Part shown: piece by piece, positions 61,091 through 63,860 of the stretch | How the letters are laid out: each line of letters opens with the position of its first letter | How positions within the stretch are numbered: the first letter of the stretch is position 1 | Assembly (NCBI RefSeq): GCF_004010195.1 | Contig: NC_057749.1 | Coordinates: forward strand, 15,196,436 to 15,260,295 | Source of the DNA: Chiloscyllium plagiosum | Taxonomy: Eukaryota | Length of the DNA: 63,860 bases | Direction of reading: 5' to 3' | Position numbers and translations under genes: made by a program | Notes under the pieces: generated by a model | Databases searched by the model: none | Told to the model about the DNA's origin: nothing | Seen by the model: the letters and a program-made list of their open reading frames with translations, nothing else

Positions 61091-61949
61091 CTATTGGTGT
61101 CTACTTATAGCTCCAGGCTAAAATATGCATGAAAAAGTGCATGTTACTATGGCGACTTGGACTCTTTGGGGGGGTGGAAGGGTCTCCTTGCTGTGGTTGG
61201 TTGGCATGCACCAAATTGGTCCCAAAAGCATGGGGTTAAAACCCATTCCAGCTGCGGTCAGTTCAGCATCTGCCTCCTCCCATGGGGTAGATTGTGTTTC
61301 TGTAGGTTACAGCTTCCCTCGGGCAGAGAACGAAAGAAGAAGTATTTAAAGGCTTTGTGGTATTCACAGGGAAAACTCTGCCCTTCCGAGAATATTTCCT
61401 CCTTTCCTGAGGCTGGTGACTCCTTTCTAGGGCGTGAGTACAAAGATGGCGCTCTGGTACCTCTCCCTGTCGACCATGCCTTATTAGCTGGTCAAGAAAG
61501 CCAGCACCAGCGAGCTTTTAGCCTGTGGTTCGGCAAGGCTATTGGTGAGTGCTTTCATGGTAGAGTCGCATGATTGAAATGGAGACCTTGATATATACAA
61601 CATGTTTTTACAATCTCAGCCATAGAAAAGAACTATACTGACGTTTTAGTTCTGGGCTGATCTTGTAATGTAGAAAGCAGAGCTTCCAAGTGTGTATAGC
61701 AAGATCCCACAAATCATAATGCAATAGCTATCAAATCATCTGCTCCAGTGATGTTGTTGGCTGAGAGATAAAACATTATTCTCAATCACTGAAAACAACT
61801 CTTCCTCACAATAATGCCATAGTCCTTTCACACACACCTGACAGAATAGGCGAGGCCTGGGTTTAACATATCATTTAATGGCAACACTTCCCACAGTCCA
61901 GTATCTCCTTCAATACTGCACTGGAGAATCAGCATTGGCTTTGTGCTCA

Positions 61950-62650
61950 TAAGAAACCTTAGAGTGCAGATTCATAGTTCCATGAAAGTAGATTTACGGG
62001 TAGACAGTGTGTTGAAAAAGGCATTTGGTATACTTACGTTTATTGGTCAGTGCATTGAATATGGGAAATCAAGTTGTGGCTGTACAGGACATTGGTTGGG
62101 CCACTTTTGGAATATTGCATGCAGTTCTGATCTCCTTCCTATCGGAGTGATGTTGTGAAACTTGAAAGGGTGCAGAAAAAATTTACAAGGATGTTGACAG
62201 GGTTGGAGGATTTGAGCTACAGGGGGAGGCTGAATAGGCTGGGGCTATTGGAGGCTGAGGGGTGACCTTTTTCGAGGTTTGTAAAATCACAAGGGGCATG
62301 GATAGGATAAATAGAGAAGGTCTTTTCCCTGGAGTGGGGGAGACCAGAACTAGAGGGCATACGTTTAGGGTGAGATGGGAAAAACTTAAAAGGGCCCTAA
62401 GGTGCAACGTTTTCACTCAGAGGGTGGTGCGTGTATGGAATGAGCTGCCAGAGGAAGTGGTGGAGGCTGGTACAATTATAACATTTAAAAGGCATCTAGA
62501 TGGATCCATGAATTTAAAGGTTTTACAGGCCCAAATGCTTGCAAATGGGACTTGATTAATTATAGATTAATTATATATATTAGTATCTGGTCAGCATGGA
62601 TGAGTTGGACTAAATGGTCTGTTTCCATGCTGTACAATCCTATGACTCTA
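61950..62650 (+). mobile_element. CR1/HER1 3' fragment with tail
   Basis: VLKKAFGILTFIGQCIEY...FTQRVVRVWNELPEEVVEAGTIITFKRHLD. Confidence 0.93.
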
Positions 62651-63156
62651 TCTTTGAAGTGACATGTCAACCCATGATATTCTAAGAGCCAGGAGTGACA
62701 CCAACTGAATGATGGCAAATAGGCACCATTTACGCCAGGCAGATTCGAGGCTCTGTCAAGGGGCTCAGCCAATCTCAATTGAAGCAGTTGTGTGACATGG
62801 TGTGAGCTCAAGGGAGCTTAGTTCAAATATTGCTGGGTTGAGAGAAAGGAAATGGTAGACTGCTGACTTAGATTATCATCCAATGAACCGAGTATCAGGA
62901 AGTACGCGATTGCAGACCCAAAGGAGCATGAGCGTAGCTCATCCTCAGAGCTCTTCACTCGGGGAACCATCACTGGCTATCATTCACCCAAAGAATAGTC
63001 ACTGAGATGAGGCATAGGTGGGTCACAGATGGTCAAATCCCGAAGCCAGCTCCTTTAGCCTTGGAAAATTGGAAGGCTGGTTAAGAAAAAGAACAATGAT
63101 GGGTGGGGATCTCACTGGTCCCACATTGTGTGTGTCATGGGGTCATCATTCTCATA

Positions 63157-63369
63157 GGAGAAACTGAGGTCTGCAGATGCTGGAGATCAGAGATGGAAAT
63201 GTGTTGCTGGAAAAGCGCAGCAGGTCAGGCAGCATCTAGGGAACAGGAGAATCGACGTTTCGGGCATCAGCCCTTCTTCAGGAAGAAGGGCTAATGCCCG
63301 AAACATCGATTCTCCTGTTCCCTAGATGCTGCCTGACCTGCTGCGCTTTTCCAGCAACACATTTCCATC
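63157..63369. mobile_element. Young PLE-derived fold-back insert with 14-bp TSD
   Basis: ~90-bp inverted arms (63190-63279 / 63282-63371, 2 mismatches); TCATCATTCTCATA at 63143-63156 and 63370-63383. Confidence 0.9.
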
Positions 63370-63604
63370 TCATCATTCTCATAACCAAGCCTGCATCCAG
63401 AGTAATCCTTCTCAGTGATCTTTAGGTCTCACATACCTTCAGCTAATCCTTTTCCTTTCACATCACCTCCATGTCAGAAACCATCATGCCTACAATGGGT
63501 GCACCTCACCCCAGAAAGGATGAGGGAGGTGGTGAGAAGAGGAAGGATGGGTGGCTCCAGAGAGACGCTGGTCTCCATCTCATAACCTTACCAGTTGTAG
63601 TGCT

Positions 63605-63860
63605 GGGTTAGAGTGGTGCTAAAAAAGCACAGCAGTTCAGACAGCATCCGAGGAGCAGGAAAATCGACGTTTCGGGCAAAAGCCCTTCATCAGGAATACA
63701 GGCAGAGAGCCTGAAGGGTGGAGAGATAAGAGAGAGGATGGTGGGGGTGGGGAGAAAGTAACATAGAGTACAATAGGTGAGTGGGGGAGGGGATGGAAGT
63801 GATATGCCAGGGATGAGGGTGGAGTGGATAGGTGGAAAAGAAGATAGGCAGGTAGGACAA
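63605..63860 (-). mobile_element. Penelope-like element 3' end running off the window
   Basis: Minus CTGATGA-A-GGGC-TTTT-GCCC-GAAAC-GTC at 63693-63666; same layout as 50578-50744. Confidence 0.8.

Noticed and set aside
61441..61552. AAGATGGCG start/YY1-like motif followed by a GTGAGT donor
   Set aside because: The frame stops after 13 codons and there is no other support for a first exon.
47350..63860. Head-to-head NTRK1 first exon expected if the gene is INSRR
   Set aside because: No recognisable Trk signal peptide or LRR exon on plus; synteny cannot be used from this window.

Overview
Repeat-rich vertebrate genomic DNA with five N-gaps, most likely from a cartilaginous fish (shark), inferred from HE1-type SINEs, CR1/HER1-type LINEs and a recurring ~68-bp satellite unit. 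One host gene is supported: the 5' end of an insulin/IGF receptor-family tyrosine kinase on the minus strand. Coding exon 1 (signal peptide) is 46056-45963, coding exon 2 (L1 domain and start of the Cys-rich region) is 25864-25316, intron 1 is ~20 kb, and intron 2 appears to run off the left edge. The exon 2 protein mixes INSR, IGF1R and INSRR characters, so the paralog is unresolved. The most notable non-genic signals are: (1) about a dozen Penelope-like retroelement (PLE) ends carrying hammerhead-ribozyme-like cores, several as short fold-back inserts with 14-16-bp target-site duplications; (2) a near-complete type I hammerhead in the pre-mRNA sense ~130 nt upstream of the exon 2 acceptor; (3) a PLE with a twin-priming-like 5' inversion; (4) an essentially perfect 86 x 24-bp purine/pyrimidine-alternating array. 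Repeat boundaries were read by eye and are approximate.
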